A stretch of 64,000 nt of DNA, from the NCBI GenBank assembly GCA_045863235.1, contig BTUM01000014.1:32001-96000 (forward strand), written 5' to 3'. Shown piece after piece: positions 9,565 through 19,382 of this stretch. The DNA is from Candidatus Xenobia bacterium. GTDB taxonomy: Bacteria; Vulcanimicrobiota; Xenobia; Xenobiales; QWHO01. The notes below the pieces were generated by a model. That model was not told the origin of the DNA and searched no databases. It saw only the letters and a program-made list of their open reading frames with translations. Within the stretch, counting starts at the first letter, position 1, and each line of letters opens with the position of its first letter. Position numbers and translations under genes: made by a program.

Positions 9565-10925
9565 ATCCAGCTGCGAATGAAGAAGAGGCGACGGAAGTAG
9601 CCTTCCGGGATGCTCAACCCGGTCAGCAGGGGAAAGAAGACCGCAAACGAGATCAGGATGCAAACGAAATAACCGATCAACGCCCGGCGCCAGAAGGGCG
9701 TGTCGGTCCACTCCAGCAGGGCCATCCCGGAGATCAGGGCCATGATGGGGATGCAGGGCAGCATGTAGTAGATGAACCCGCCCGTGGTGGCCGAGGCCCA
9801 CAGCAGCACCTGAGGGAAGTAGGTCAGAACCAGGAAGGCCCGGGCCCGGTCGCGCCGGGTCCAGGCCAGAATGCTGGCCTCCAGCAAGAACATCAAGAAG
9901 GGCAGCCAGAACAGGGGATTGCCGATGGTCACCACGCCTCGAACGGTCTTGTTCTCGGCCAACGGGTCGTCCTTGGGCTCTTCCTCGTAGACGTACCATA
10001 CGGGCTTGTAGTCGACTGGCCAGGAGTAGAACGGGGACAGGTAGCGGTGGTCGAACTCCTTCTTGTTGTAGCGAAAGCGCACCATGCGCTGGTGATAGCC
10101 TTTGATGGTCTCGAGTTGCTTGGGACCGATGGCCCCTTCACGCACAAAGAGAGGGGTGTAGGAGAGCAGGTAGACGGCCGGGATCACCAGTGAAAAGAGC
10201 ACGATCAGTGCGACCAGACGCCTGAAGTTGAACCCGGCCGGCCAGAGCAAGACCATGGCCAGAAAGGCGCCCACGGCCGCGAACAGGCCGCTCCACTTGC
10301 AGGCGGTAGCCAGACCGAACATGATGGCCGCCGTCAGGGCCCAGAGAGAGGACCGACGGCCGGCCTCGAGGTACTTCCAGGCCGCCACCAGGCCGAGCAT
10401 GATCCAGAAGGCCTGGTACATGTCCAGCATGGCGATGCGCGACTGCACCAGGTGCATGAAGTCGAAACTCACCAGGCCAGCGGCTGTGAAGGCCACGAAA
10501 CGGCCCCCCCCGGGGATGATCCAGCCCAGGTAGAAGGTGAGCGGAATGATGGCCACCCCCAGCACCAGGCTGCCCAGTCGCCACCCCACCGTCTCGTTGA
10601 GGGGAACGCCCCGAAAGCGCAGGAAGTCCACCAGCTCGATACCCAGGCCGAGTTGGAGCTTGCCCAGCAGAGGATGCACGCTGTTCGGGTCCTCCTGGCC
10701 GGCATAGATCTTCTGGGCCGCATCCACGTAGTAGATCTCGTCGAAGTACTCGCGGGAGGGGAAGTCGATGCGGTAGGCCCTGCTTGCGAAGGCGAAGAGG
10801 ACGAGCAACAGCAACCAGACCAGGTCTCGGCGCGTGAAGGAGGGTGGGCGAGGGCCCCCCTCCCGGTGCTCCTCGGGCCCGGCCGAAGCGGAATGGGGTT
10901 GGCTGTCGGGCGGATGCTCGGACAT
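9561..10925 (-). CDS. Protein O-mannosyltransferase-like membrane glycosyltransferase (PMT/GT39)
   Basis: FDEIYY, HPLLGK, GWRL, SRIAMLD, CKWSG and H.Y.S..Y.WP motifs; many TM segments. Confidence 0.82.
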   Translation of the reverse strand: MSEHPPDSQPHSASAGPEEHREGGPRPPSFTRRDLVWLLLLVLFAFASRAYRIDFPSREYFDEIYYVDAAQKIYAGQEDPNSVHPLLGKLQLGLGIELVDFLRFRGVPLNETVGWRLGSLVLGVAIIPLTFYLGWIIPGGGRFVAFTAAGLVSFDFMHLVQSRIAMLDMYQAFWIMLGLVAAWKYLEAGRRSSLWALTAAIMFGLATACKWSGLFAAVGAFLAMVLLWPAGFNFRRLVALIVLFSLVIPAVYLLSYTPLFVREGAIGPKQLETIKGYHQRMVRFRYNKKEFDHRYLSPFYSWPVDYKPVWYVYEEEPKDDPLAENKTVRGVVTIGNPLFWLPFLMFLLEASILAWTRRDRARAFLVLTYFPQVLLWASATTGGFIYYMLPCIPIMALISGMALLEWTDTPFWRRALIGYFVCILISFAVFFPLLTGLSIPEGYFRRLFFIRSWI

Positions 10926-10937
10926 CGGGAAATGCAA

Positions 10938-11013
10938 TGGCCTCCACGGACGGACTCGAACCGTCGACCTACCGCTTAGGAGGCGGTCGCTCTATCCCCT
11001 GAGCTACGCGGAG
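10938..11013 (-). tRNA. tRNA-Arg (anticodon CCT)
   Basis: 76-nt cloverleaf: acceptor CTCCGCG/CGTGGAG, anticodon arm ACCGC-CTCCTAA-GCGGT, T arm GACGG-TTCGAGT-CCGTC, encoded CCA. Confidence 0.95.
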
Positions 11014-11058
11014 ACGCAGGTTGAGTCTAAACCATGTCGGCCCGGGGAGCAAGGCCCG

Positions 11059-11514
11059 TCAGCGCAACTTGCTGTCCTCGACCTTGCCGTAGAGGGAGCG
11101 GTAATAAGGCTCGTCCTTCTTGAGCCCGGCCTCGCTGTGATAGGTCCCCGCGCACCGCAGCGTGAAGACCGGGATGCCACCCTGCTTGAACTGATAGCCG
11201 TTGGGCTGCTCGTAGGTCAACTTCCCGGAGGCCGGACAGAGCGGGAGCTTGGGGAGCACCGGCTCCTTGCCGTCGGTCAGAGCGCTCAGACGAGCAGGCA
11301 AGCTTCCCCCGTTCTTCTTCTGGTAATCCTCCAGGGCTTTGCTGATGGTCATCAAGTTCTGACGGCAGCCCTCCAGATCGGAGACCAGCTTCTTGGAAGC
11401 ATTGACTGCCGCCAGACCCGGCAAGATCACCGCGATCAACACTCCGGCCAGAAAGAGCAGCGAGCAGAGCTCGACATAGTTTGCCCCCCCTGACTTGTTG
11501 CGCTCGCCACTCAT
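11059..11514 (-). CDS. Pilin/pseudopilin-like protein
   Basis: G-ANYVE followed by a hydrophobic helix, a C-x-x-N-L...ALEDY segment and further Cys residues. Confidence 0.55.
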   Translation of the reverse strand: MSGERNKSGGANYVELCSLLFLAGVLIAVILPGLAAVNASKKLVSDLEGCRQNLMTISKALEDYQKKNGGSLPARLSALTDGKEPVLPKLPLCPASGKLTYEQPNGYQFKQGGIPVFTLRCAGTYHSEAGLKKDEPYYRSLYGKVEDSKLR

Positions 11515-12170
11515 TTTAGCGTCTTCACCCTCTCCTGGGCTCGCTCGATGTACTTGGCCATCTTCTGGCCCGGGGCCATGTCGCTCTGGGCGATCTCCAA
11601 GAACGCTTTGTAAGCATCCAGGGCTTTGTCCTTCTCGCCCGTCAGCTCATAGGCCTGGGCCAGGATGAAATGGGCCTCACTGAAGTCTGGTTTGAGCTGG
11701 ATGGTCCGGCGGAACTCGGAGATGGCCTCGAAGATCTTCTGCTCATTGAGATAGACCGTGCCCAGGGCATAGTGGGCCCGGAAACTATCCTTCTTGATGT
11801 CCAGCGCCTCGACCAGGGCTCGTCGAGCCTTCTCATAATCTCGCTCGAGACTGTAGAGCTCGCCTCGGGCGACTCGCACCTCGAAGCAGCCATGATCGAG
11901 CTTGAGGGCCTCGCTGAGCTTGTTGCCGGCCGCATGCATCTGGCCCTTCTCCATCAGCTCGCGCGCCTCGCCCACCAGCGACAGGGCACCCTGCTTCTTT
12001 TGCACCTGGACATCCCACAGATTGGCCACCAGCAAGCCCCACGAGAGCAGGGCCGATAGAAAGAAGGTTCCCGAGTCGATGGCCTTATGGGCAAAGAGCC
12101 AGAAGAGCGGACCCGGCAGGAGCAGCAGCCCCAGCATCAAGAGGATCTTCTTGGCGTTCAGCACCTTCAT
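11511..12170 (-). CDS. Membrane-anchored TPR protein
   Basis: Two N-terminal TMs followed by TPR repeats (AHYALGTVY, PDFSEAHFILAQAY). Confidence 0.85.
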   Translation of the reverse strand: MKVLNAKKILLMLGLLLLPGPLFWLFAHKAIDSGTFFLSALLSWGLLVANLWDVQVQKKQGALSLVGEARELMEKGQMHAAGNKLSEALKLDHGCFEVRVARGELYSLERDYEKARRALVEALDIKKDSFRAHYALGTVYLNEQKIFEAISEFRRTIQLKPDFSEAHFILAQAYELTGEKDKALDAYKAFLEIAQSDMAPGQKMAKYIERAQERVKTLK

Positions 12171-12389
12171 GGTTTCGGGGATTTCGGACTTGTTTCATGG
12201 GTTCCCTGTAATTTCAGCAACGACAGGAGCGCTCGACCGAACACGGGCGGTCGAGTTTGTAACAAGATTGTTAACTTCTGGACACGCCCCCGGGTCCCGC
12301 CCCCCGTCGGGTTGCACCCAAAGATGGGCTTGACTATATTGGTAACTGACGACCCGTGCGTGCGAGCGCGGGCGCGAAAGGTGGAACAG

Positions 12390-14183
12390 ATGTCGATCGG
12401 CAATGTGAATGTCCCTCCGGGTGGGGCCAATGCCCATGTAAACAACGCCACCCACACCGGGGCAGCCCAGCGACAGAGCGCGGCGGCCCGAGGGGATGTC
12501 ACGGGGACCCGCGAGCAAACCCAGCGCGAGCAAGTCGGCGATACCGCCACGGTGAGCTCGACTCCCGATCCGCAGGCTCAGCAGCAGCAGGCGCCTCCGC
12601 CCGAGCAAGAAAGCGTCGAATTCAAGTCGCTCGGAAAGCGGAACGGGGTCGAGCGCTTCGGAGTGGAAGGCGACCCGAACATCCAGCTTTACGTTTCTGA
12701 CTCAGGAGTTCAGTTGCAGCGGATGCCCGGCCAGATGATCGTGGGCATGCCCGACGGCAACATCCTGATGCGCGACATGAACTCGGGCAAGGTTTCCGGA
12801 CATTCGGCCGACGGCAAGAAGCTCGAGGTGACCTCGGACGAGGTCAACAAGACGCTCAGCTACGTCGACGCCGAGGGCAACCGCATCACGGTGAAGCCCG
12901 AGAACCTGACGGTGGTCGTCAATGACGAGGCGCGCATCCACCCCGACAAGTCGGTGGAGAACTTGAAGGGGCAGCAGTTCGTCCAGCAACCGGCTCCCCA
13001 GCCGAGCGGCATTCTCAACCCCGATCTCGGCATGGGCGCCGATCAGGTCAACCTGGGAGGGGCCGGCGCGGGCGCTGCCGGGGTCTACGGACCTCAGGGC
13101 GGCCTGCAGGGCGCCCGTCAGGAGCAGACTCCCTCGGGCTTGATGCGCACCATCACCCCCGATGGCATGATGGTCATCGGCTTGCCCAACGGAGTGGCCA
13201 TCAGCCACGGTCCCGCCGGGGCCATGGCCATGGACTCGCGCTCGCAGCAGCCCATCCCCGTGCAGGTGGCCATGCACCGCCGACCCGATGGCGGCGAGGA
13301 GTATCGCTATCAGTTCAACGATGCGGGCGGAAACCTGTACACGCTGTTCTCGCAGAGCATGGACTTTACCGTGGAATCTCCCGACCGCCGCGTGGCCCAG
13401 ATGGTCCTGCCGCAAGGCAACGTGATGACGGCCGTGCGGGGCGACAACGGGCAGTACTCCCACGAGGTTCTGCCCGACGGCAGCCAGATCAACCGGGGCG
13501 GGGCACAGTTCGCGGGCGACCGGGTGATCATGCCGCAGGGCGAGTTCTCCCAGATGAGCGCCCTGCCGTTCCCCGTCTCGGGCTTCATGGCTCCCGCCTT
13601 CCAGGAGCAGGCAGCCCGCCAGGCCCAGGCCCGGGCCACCGGCCAGGCCGGCCAGCAGGCAGCCCAGAACGCCAACGGCCAGTTCCAGACCCAGGGTGTC
13701 CCCGGCGGAGGGGTCAATCCCGGGGGCGGCATTCCCGGGACACCCGACAATCCGCTGGGGAACGCTGGCAATGTGGCCAACGGCGAGTTCTCGCCCCACC
13801 CCAGCATCCATCACCGCCCCAACTTTCCTCAGGCCGAGGTTCGCCCCAGCCTGTGGCAACGCTTCAAGAACTTCCTGTCCGGACGGCCCTCCAACTACGT
13901 TCCGCCGGATCAACACCAGCAGCAGTGGGGGCCGCAGGGTCCCCAGCAGACACAGGGTCCCTGGGGTCCGCCGCCCTATGCGCAGTACAATCCTGGCGGG
14001 GTGATGCCCAGCCCCTGGCCGGGCCAGCAGTTCCCGCCCCAACAGTCCAACAACTGGATCAACTGGGTGATGGGCGCCACCATGCTGACCAGCGTGCTGT
14101 CCAGCGTGACGCTGCTGGGCACGGTGATGAGCGCCAGCCCCTGGAACATCGGGTTCTTTCCGCCCATGATGGGTTTCCCCTGA
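12390..14183 (+). CDS. Hypothetical Q/G/P-rich protein with duplicated beta-rich domain and C-terminal hydrophobic helix
   Basis: Long ORF with GC3-rich codons; ATG follows aaggtgga. Confidence 0.7.
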   Translation: MSIGNVNVPPGGANAHVNNATHTGAAQRQSAAARGDVTGTREQTQREQVGDTATVSSTPDPQAQQQQAPPPEQESVEFKSLGKRNGVERFGVEGDPNIQLYVSDSGVQLQRMPGQMIVGMPDGNILMRDMNSGKVSGHSADGKKLEVTSDEVNKTLSYVDAEGNRITVKPENLTVVVNDEARIHPDKSVENLKGQQFVQQPAPQPSGILNPDLGMGADQVNLGGAGAGAAGVYGPQGGLQGARQEQTPSGLMRTITPDGMMVIGLPNGVAISHGPAGAMAMDSRSQQPIPVQVAMHRRPDGGEEYRYQFNDAGGNLYTLFSQSMDFTVESPDRRVAQMVLPQGNVMTAVRGDNGQYSHEVLPDGSQINRGGAQFAGDRVIMPQGEFSQMSALPFPVSGFMAPAFQEQAARQAQARATGQAGQQAAQNANGQFQTQGVPGGGVNPGGGIPGTPDNPLGNAGNVANGEFSPHPSIHHRPNFPQAEVRPSLWQRFKNFLSGRPSNYVPPDQHQQQWGPQGPQQTQGPWGPPPYAQYNPGGVMPSPWPGQQFPPQQSNNWINWVMGATMLTSVLSSVTLLGTVMSASPWNIGFFPPMMGFP

Positions 14184-14195
14184 TAAGTAGCCGTC

Positions 14196-14726
14196 TTGTC
14201 TGAGACCACCCTGTCGAGCTCGATCTGCTTTGAGGGTCGCATCGTGCGCCTGGAGCTGCTCGAGGTGGAGCTGGCTGATGGCAGCCGTGCCCCTCGCGAG
14301 ATCGTGCGCCACGATGATGCAGTCTGCGCGGCGGTTTTGACCCGCTCGGGCTCGGTCGTCTTGGTGCGCCAGTATCGCAAAGCCGTGGAACGGGCTTTAC
14401 TGGAGATCCCCGCCGGACTCATCAATCGCGAAGAAGCACCCGATGACGCAGTGCGGCGCGAGCTGGCCGAAGAGATCGGCATGTTGGAGGGGACCGTGGA
14501 ATACCAGCTGGCCTGCCTGGCCTCTCCCGGCTTCTGTGATGAGACCATGCACCTCTATTTGGTGACCGACGCCGTGCTGGGCCCCAATCAGCCCGACCCG
14601 GGGGAGTTGCTCGAAGTGGTCGAGCTCGAGCCCGCTGAGGCGTTGCGTCGAGCCCTGGCTGGCGAGCTGGGAGACGCCAAGTCGGCCCTGGGCGTGCTGC
14701 TGCTGGCCCGCAAGATGGGATGGTAG
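14196..14726 (+). CDS. NUDIX hydrolase (ADP-ribose pyrophosphatase-like)
   Basis: VRQYR...LEIPAG, Nudix box RRELAEEIG, SPGFCDE. Confidence 0.88.
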   Translation: MSETTLSSSICFEGRIVRLELLEVELADGSRAPREIVRHDDAVCAAVLTRSGSVVLVRQYRKAVERALLEIPAGLINREEAPDDAVRRELAEEIGMLEGTVEYQLACLASPGFCDETMHLYLVTDAVLGPNQPDPGELLEVVELEPAEALRRALAGELGDAKSALGVLLLARKMGW

Positions 14727-15868
14727 TCGGTCTTTACCTGCACTTTGCCTACTGCCGCACCCGCTGCACGTACTGCGACTTCAACGCTTACAGCGAGCCC
14801 GATGCGGTCGACGAGCAGCGCGCCTACTTCGAGGCCTTGCTCGAGGACGTGCGCCGAACCGGGGCCGAGCGAGCCTACACGGTCCGCACGCTGTTTTGCG
14901 GGGGGGGAACCCCCAGCCTCACCCCCGCGGCCTGGATGGGCGAGCTTCTGGAGGCCTGCAGAACCAGCTTCCAGCTCGATCCTCAGGCCGAGGTCACCCT
15001 GGAGGCGAACCCTGGCACCGTCGATCTGGCATATCTGACCGCTCTGCGTCAAGCCGGCTTCAATCGCCTCTCCCTGGGCGTTCAGAGCTTCCAGGACGAG
15101 CTCTTGCAGCGAATCGGTCGCATTCACAGCTCTGCTCAGGCGGCCCAGGCGCTGGCTGACGCCCGGACGGCCGGCTTCGACAACGTGAGTCTGGACTTGA
15201 TCTACGGGCTGCCCGGCCAGAGCCTGGCCGACTTCCAGGCTGACCTGGAGCGGGTCGGTGAGCTGCGACCCGAGCACCTCTCAGCCTATGCCCTGACGGT
15301 CGAGCCCAACACCCGCCTGGAGGCCCAGATTCGCCTGGGGGAGATCGCCCCCCCCGATCCCGACCTGCAGGCCGACATGGCCGACCTGCTCCCCCCCTTC
15401 CTGCGACCGCTGGGCTACCGGCGCTACGAGATCTCCAACTGGGCTCGAAGCGGGAGGGCCTGCCGGCACAACCTGATTTACTGGCGCAATCGCCCCTACC
15501 TGGGTCTGGGTTGCGGCGCGACCAGCTACATCGACGGCTGGCGCACCCGCCGCATCCTCCACCCCCGCTACTATGCGACGGCCCTGGCCCAGGGACGCAC
15601 ACCCGTCATCGAGCACGAGCGGCTCGGGCTAGAGGGAACGCTGAAGGACGTCATCACCCTGGCGCTGCGCACCCGGCGCGGCCTCGACCTGGATCGGTTG
15701 TATCGTCGCTATCCGGTCCTGCCGGAACGCGTGGAGGGCTTTCTGGATGGGCTTCCCACGGGGTTGGTCCGCCGGCAGGGGTCCCGCATCCGCCTCACGG
15801 GCCGGGGGCGCAACCTGGCCAATGTGGTCTTCGTCGAGTTGCTCGACACGCTGCTGACGTCTGGGTGA
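14720..15868 (+). CDS. hemW: Radical SAM heme chaperone HemW
   Basis: LYLHFAYCRTRCTYCDFN, GGGTPS, EANP, RLSLGVQSF, YEISNW and HNLIYW motifs. Confidence 0.88.
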   Translation: MVVGLYLHFAYCRTRCTYCDFNAYSEPDAVDEQRAYFEALLEDVRRTGAERAYTVRTLFCGGGTPSLTPAAWMGELLEACRTSFQLDPQAEVTLEANPGTVDLAYLTALRQAGFNRLSLGVQSFQDELLQRIGRIHSSAQAAQALADARTAGFDNVSLDLIYGLPGQSLADFQADLERVGELRPEHLSAYALTVEPNTRLEAQIRLGEIAPPDPDLQADMADLLPPFLRPLGYRRYEISNWARSGRACRHNLIYWRNRPYLGLGCGATSYIDGWRTRRILHPRYYATALAQGRTPVIEHERLGLEGTLKDVITLALRTRRGLDLDRLYRRYPVLPERVEGFLDGLPTGLVRRQGSRIRLTGRGRNLANVVFVELLDTLLTSG

Positions 15869-15950
15869 CCGATGCAGGACCTGCCCTTCTTGTTGCGTAT
15901 TCTTGGCCAACCGGTGAAGCCGGAATCTTCGACCCGGGGGTGACTGACCT

Positions 15951-16166
15951 GTGGCCCTGTCCCGACGCGAATTTCAGATCCTGCAAGAGCGAGTGGCCAA
16001 ACTGGAGATGCAGGTGCGTGCCCTGGATAACCGGCTCAAAGCCAGTGAGAGCATGATGAAACCCTCCAACCTGGCCCGCCGGGTGCGCGAAGGCGACGAG
16101 GAGATCAAGCGCGCGGCCGAACGGGGCGAGATGTTCGACGCCCTGAGGCCTGAGTCCGAGCCCTGA
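15951..16166 (+). CDS. Small coiled-coil hypothetical protein
   Basis: 71-aa ORF with a heptad pattern that fills the intergenic gap. Confidence 0.6.
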   Translation: MALSRREFQILQERVAKLEMQVRALDNRLKASESMMKPSNLARRVREGDEEIKRAAERGEMFDALRPESEP

Positions 16167-16222
16167 AGGGGGCGAGGAATCCGCGCCGCGTAAGCGGCTA
16201 ACAATGGTCCCCTCCAATCCCT

Positions 16223-16321
16223 GCTAAAGTGCAAGGCCTTTGGTCCTGCACTTTACAACGCGCTGGAACCGCGTTCGTCAGATTGTGCTAATGTGCAAAA
16301 CCTAAGTGCGAGCACATTAGC
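16223..16321. repeat. Cluster of palindromic REP-like hairpins (family 1)
   Basis: TAAAGTGCA(16225)/TGCACTTTA(16247) and GCTAATGTGC(16287)/GCACATTAGC(16312); related copies at 277-327 and 22760-22822. Confidence 0.75.
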
Positions 16322-16712
16322 GCTTCCAGAACTGCCACGAGGGCGGCTCAGGCGCGGCCGGACCCGGCACCACCCGGTTCAAGAACCACCACCAGTAAGA
16401 CAGCGGGGGGTCGTTGACGATCTGGTATTGCTTGAAGTTGGCGTGACCGATCTCGGCCACGATCTCGGACGCTCGGGCCCGAACGGCATTGTCCAGAGCC
16501 ACAACCTCGAGCCAGACCTCCCGAGGGTCGACCCCCCGGACGCGGAGCTCGTCCAGGCTCTCTTGCACTTCGTCGCGATAATAGAGCAAGTTGGGGGCCG
16601 CCAGCCCCAGACGGCCGATGTCCTTGACATAACGGCGATAGTCCTCGAGAACCTCAAGCAGATACTTGTACTCTTCGCGAGCCTCCTCGTCCAGCCCCTC
16701 GGGAACTTCCAC
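16317..16712 (-). CDS. Hypothetical protein
   Basis: Co-oriented 131-aa ORF directly after ispD, with a WWWFL motif. Confidence 0.7.
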   Translation of the reverse strand: MEVPEGLDEEAREEYKYLLEVLEDYRRYVKDIGRLGLAAPNLLYYRDEVQESLDELRVRGVDPREVWLEVVALDNAVRARASEIVAEIGHANFKQYQIVNDPPLSYWWWFLNRVVPGPAAPEPPSWQFWKR

Positions 16713-16713
16713 T

Positions 16714-17412
16714 TCACACCCCGGCGCTCTCGCTCAACAGCCTCTCGGCTACGGCCAGGTCCTCGGGGGTGGTGATTTTCAGGTTGCGGTAGTCGCCCTC
16801 CACCACCCCCACGCGCCCGCCGCGCCACTCGATCAAGGAGCAGTCGTCGGTTCCAAGAAATCCCGCTCGGGCTGCGCTGCGGTGCGCTTCCAGGATGGTC
16901 TGGAACGGAAAGAGCTGTGGCGTCTGGGCGGCAAACAGCTCCTGTCTGGGCAAGGTGCGAGCCACCCGCCCCTCCTTGACGATCTTGACCGTGTCCTTGA
17001 CGGCCACCATCGGCAGAACGCCATCCAGGTCGCCCAAACCCTGCACCAGCCGGTGCAACATCTCGTGGCTGAGGAAAGGACGGGCTGCGTCGTGAATGGC
17101 CACCACGTCCTCGGGGCCGGCCCGACGAACAGCCAGGGCCTCCAGAGCATAGCCGATCGATTCCTGCCGCTCGGCGCCTCCGGTCACCACGCAGGTCACC
17201 TTGGTCAGACCAGCCTGAGCGAAGAGAGCTCGATACTCGTCCTCATCCCCTTCAGCGGCCGAGACCACCATCCGGGCCAGGGGGTCGAAGCTCTGCAGTG
17301 TTCGCAAGCTGTGCAACAGCAACGGGCTGCCCCCCAGGGACATGAGCAACTTGTTCGTGCCGCCCATGCGCCGGCTCTTGCCGGCTGCGGTCACCACTGC
17401 CAGAAGGGCCAA
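16714..17412 (-). CDS. ispD: 2-C-methyl-D-erythritol 4-phosphate cytidylyltransferase
   Basis: AAGKSRRMG, GGAERQES, IHDAARP, QTPQ, TDD and NLKITTPEDL motifs. Confidence 0.93.
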   Translation of the reverse strand: MALLAVVTAAGKSRRMGGTNKLLMSLGGSPLLLHSLRTLQSFDPLARMVVSAAEGDEDEYRALFAQAGLTKVTCVVTGGAERQESIGYALEALAVRRAGPEDVVAIHDAARPFLSHEMLHRLVQGLGDLDGVLPMVAVKDTVKIVKEGRVARTLPRQELFAAQTPQLFPFQTILEAHRSAARAGFLGTDDCSLIEWRGGRVGVVEGDYRNLKITTPEDLAVAERLLSESAGV

Positions 17413-17413
17413 G

Positions 17414-18646
17414 TCAGGTGCTCCGCTTGGGGGTGCTCTCCTCGGCCAGAAGCTTGGTGATGTCGCGCGAGGCGCTGCCGTTGGAGCCGTTGGAATCGTA
17501 GTCGGCCAGGCTGGACGAGGGCTCGTCCACCGCTTCGGTAGACGAGGTCACGGGCCCACGAATTCCCCCGACCAGACCTTTGAAGCGGCCGAAAATCATC
17601 TTGCCGGCATTGTTCTGGACGATGGAGGTCACCTCGACAAAGACCCGCTCACCCACGTGCCGCCGACCTTTCTCGACCACCACCATAGTGCCATCCTCCA
17701 GGAACCCCACCCCCTGGCCGGCCTCCTTGCCGTCGCGGATCAGCTTGACGGGAATCTCCTCGCCGGGAAGCACGACCGGCTTCATGGCGCTGGCAAGCTC
17801 GTTGATGTTGAGCACCCGAATGTTCTGCAAACTGGCCACTTTGTGCAGATTGTAGTCCGTGGTCAGAAGGGGGAGCTTGAGATCCTGAGCGAGCCGGATC
17901 AACTTGGAATCGACGGCTGTCTCCTCGAAGTCTTTCTTCTCGATGTGAAGACCCGGGTGCTGGCGAAGCTTGTGGAGAATGTCCAGGCCCCGCCGACCGC
18001 GATTGCGCTTCTGCGCATCTTCCGAGTCGGCCACCCTCTGCAACTCATTGAGCACGAACTGGGGCACCACCAGCGTGCCCTCCAGGAAGCCCGCCTCGCA
18101 AACGTCGCAGATGCGACCGTCGATGATGACGCTGGTATCCAGAATGAAGTAGCTGCGGCCCCAGGGCGCGGCCGTTCCGGTCTCGAGCAGATTGCGGAAG
18201 CTGTGGATGAACACCAGCCGGCTGCCGAAGAAGGCCCCCAGGAAGCTGAAGAAGACGGTTGTCAGGACGATCAAGAACGGCCCGAGGTAGTCGCCAACGA
18301 AGGGGATCTTGGAGAAATTGATGGCCTGCAGGGCCAGATTGATGAAAAAGGCTACGATCAGGCCAAAGAGGAGTCCCGCCGAGCCCATCAACACTTCTTG
18401 CAGGGAGAGTTTCTGCAGACCAACGGCCACCGCGTCGACCGAACGAACCATCAGGTTGGCCAGCAGTGGAGCCAGGATGATGCCCACCAGAATTCCAAGG
18501 AGAATCAGGGCTGCGAAGTTGGTATAGAGCGGCACCCCGCTCAGAGCGGAGTAGAACTTCTGACTCTGGAGGGCAACGTTATAGCCGCACAGTCCACCAA
18601 AGACTGCGAAGATGCAGTAGAACATGCCCCGAATCAGTTTGGCCAA
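17414..18646 (-). CDS. PIN/TRAM domain membrane protein (YacL-like)
   Basis: Four TMs, LDTSVIIDGRI, RGRRGLDIL and GKEAGQGVGFLEDGTMVVVE; adjacent to ispD as in Firmicutes. Confidence 0.92.
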   Translation of the reverse strand: MAKLIRGMFYCIFAVFGGLCGYNVALQSQKFYSALSGVPLYTNFAALILLGILVGIILAPLLANLMVRSVDAVAVGLQKLSLQEVLMGSAGLLFGLIVAFFINLALQAINFSKIPFVGDYLGPFLIVLTTVFFSFLGAFFGSRLVFIHSFRNLLETGTAAPWGRSYFILDTSVIIDGRICDVCEAGFLEGTLVVPQFVLNELQRVADSEDAQKRNRGRRGLDILHKLRQHPGLHIEKKDFEETAVDSKLIRLAQDLKLPLLTTDYNLHKVASLQNIRVLNINELASAMKPVVLPGEEIPVKLIRDGKEAGQGVGFLEDGTMVVVEKGRRHVGERVFVEVTSIVQNNAGKMIFGRFKGLVGGIRGPVTSSTEAVDEPSSSLADYDSNGSNGSASRDITKLLAEESTPKRST

Positions 18647-18735
18647 TTGTCACCAACCTTCGCAAGGTTGCGATCTCGCAGCCCACACTGGCATCTAAAG
18701 GAGACACTGCGCCTGGTTCGATCTCTTAACTCTTA

Positions 18736-18793
18736 AGCGTTACGTCCTGAAGGTCTTGCCTATCCTACCGACAGACAAATCTATCGGCGCAAA
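18736..18793. repeat. Dispersed intergenic repeat, family 2 copy
   Basis: AGCGTTACGTCCTGAAGGTCTTGCCTATCC is 27/30 identical to 51984-52013. ACAAATCTATCGGCGCAA resembles 27082-27099. Confidence 0.7.
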
Positions 18794-18830
18794 TAACTCC
18801 AAAACCCCTGGGACCTCACTCTAGAAAAGT

Positions 18831-19337
18831 TCAGTCTCCTGGCCGATTCTCCTCCCCCTCGCCCAGGCCCAGGTCGAGCAAAGCTTGTCGCACGCTGGGA
18901 AAGGCCAGTTCCTTCCAGGGGATGTCTCCGGGCAAGAACCAGCGAGCCTCCGAGCACTCCGGACCAGGGTTGGCACTACCGGAGAGCACCTCCGCCTCGT
19001 AGACGATGACCACCACGATGCTGGTCGGATAGCTGTAGACACCCAGCAACCGCCGGCAAGAGACCTCCAGTCCGGTCTCCTCGAAAACCTCGCGAGCGGC
19101 CGCTGAGGGAGCGGTTTCGCCGCGATCCATGTAGCCCCCGGGGTAGGACCACAAACCCCGGCCAGGCTCGATGTCACGCCGAATCAGCAAGATACCCTCA
19201 GGACCTTGCACAACCGCGCAGCAGGCGACCTTGGGGTCGAGAAAGTGCACCCTGTCGCAAGCCCGGCAGTAATGGCGGTCCTTGCGATCCACCAGGCGCA
19301 TGCTCAGCTCGGCCGAACACTCGCTACAGTATCTCAA
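18831..19337 (-). CDS. Zinc-ribbon NUDIX hydrolase
   Basis: TTG start, RYCSEC...CRAC zinc ribbon, Nudix box PGGYMDRGET...AAREVFEETG. Confidence 0.85.
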   Translation of the reverse strand: MRYCSECSAELSMRLVDRKDRHYCRACDRVHFLDPKVACCAVVQGPEGILLIRRDIEPGRGLWSYPGGYMDRGETAPSAAAREVFEETGLEVSCRRLLGVYSYPTSIVVVIVYEAEVLSGSANPGPECSEARWFLPGDIPWKELAFPSVRQALLDLGLGEGEENRPGD

Positions 19338-19382
19338 GGGGTTGCCCCCGGCTGGCAGGATTCGTACAATACTTGCAGCCTC

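Noticed and set aside
10938..11013. tRNA-Arg as an integration site
   Set aside because: No integrase and no duplicated tRNA 3' end seen in the window.
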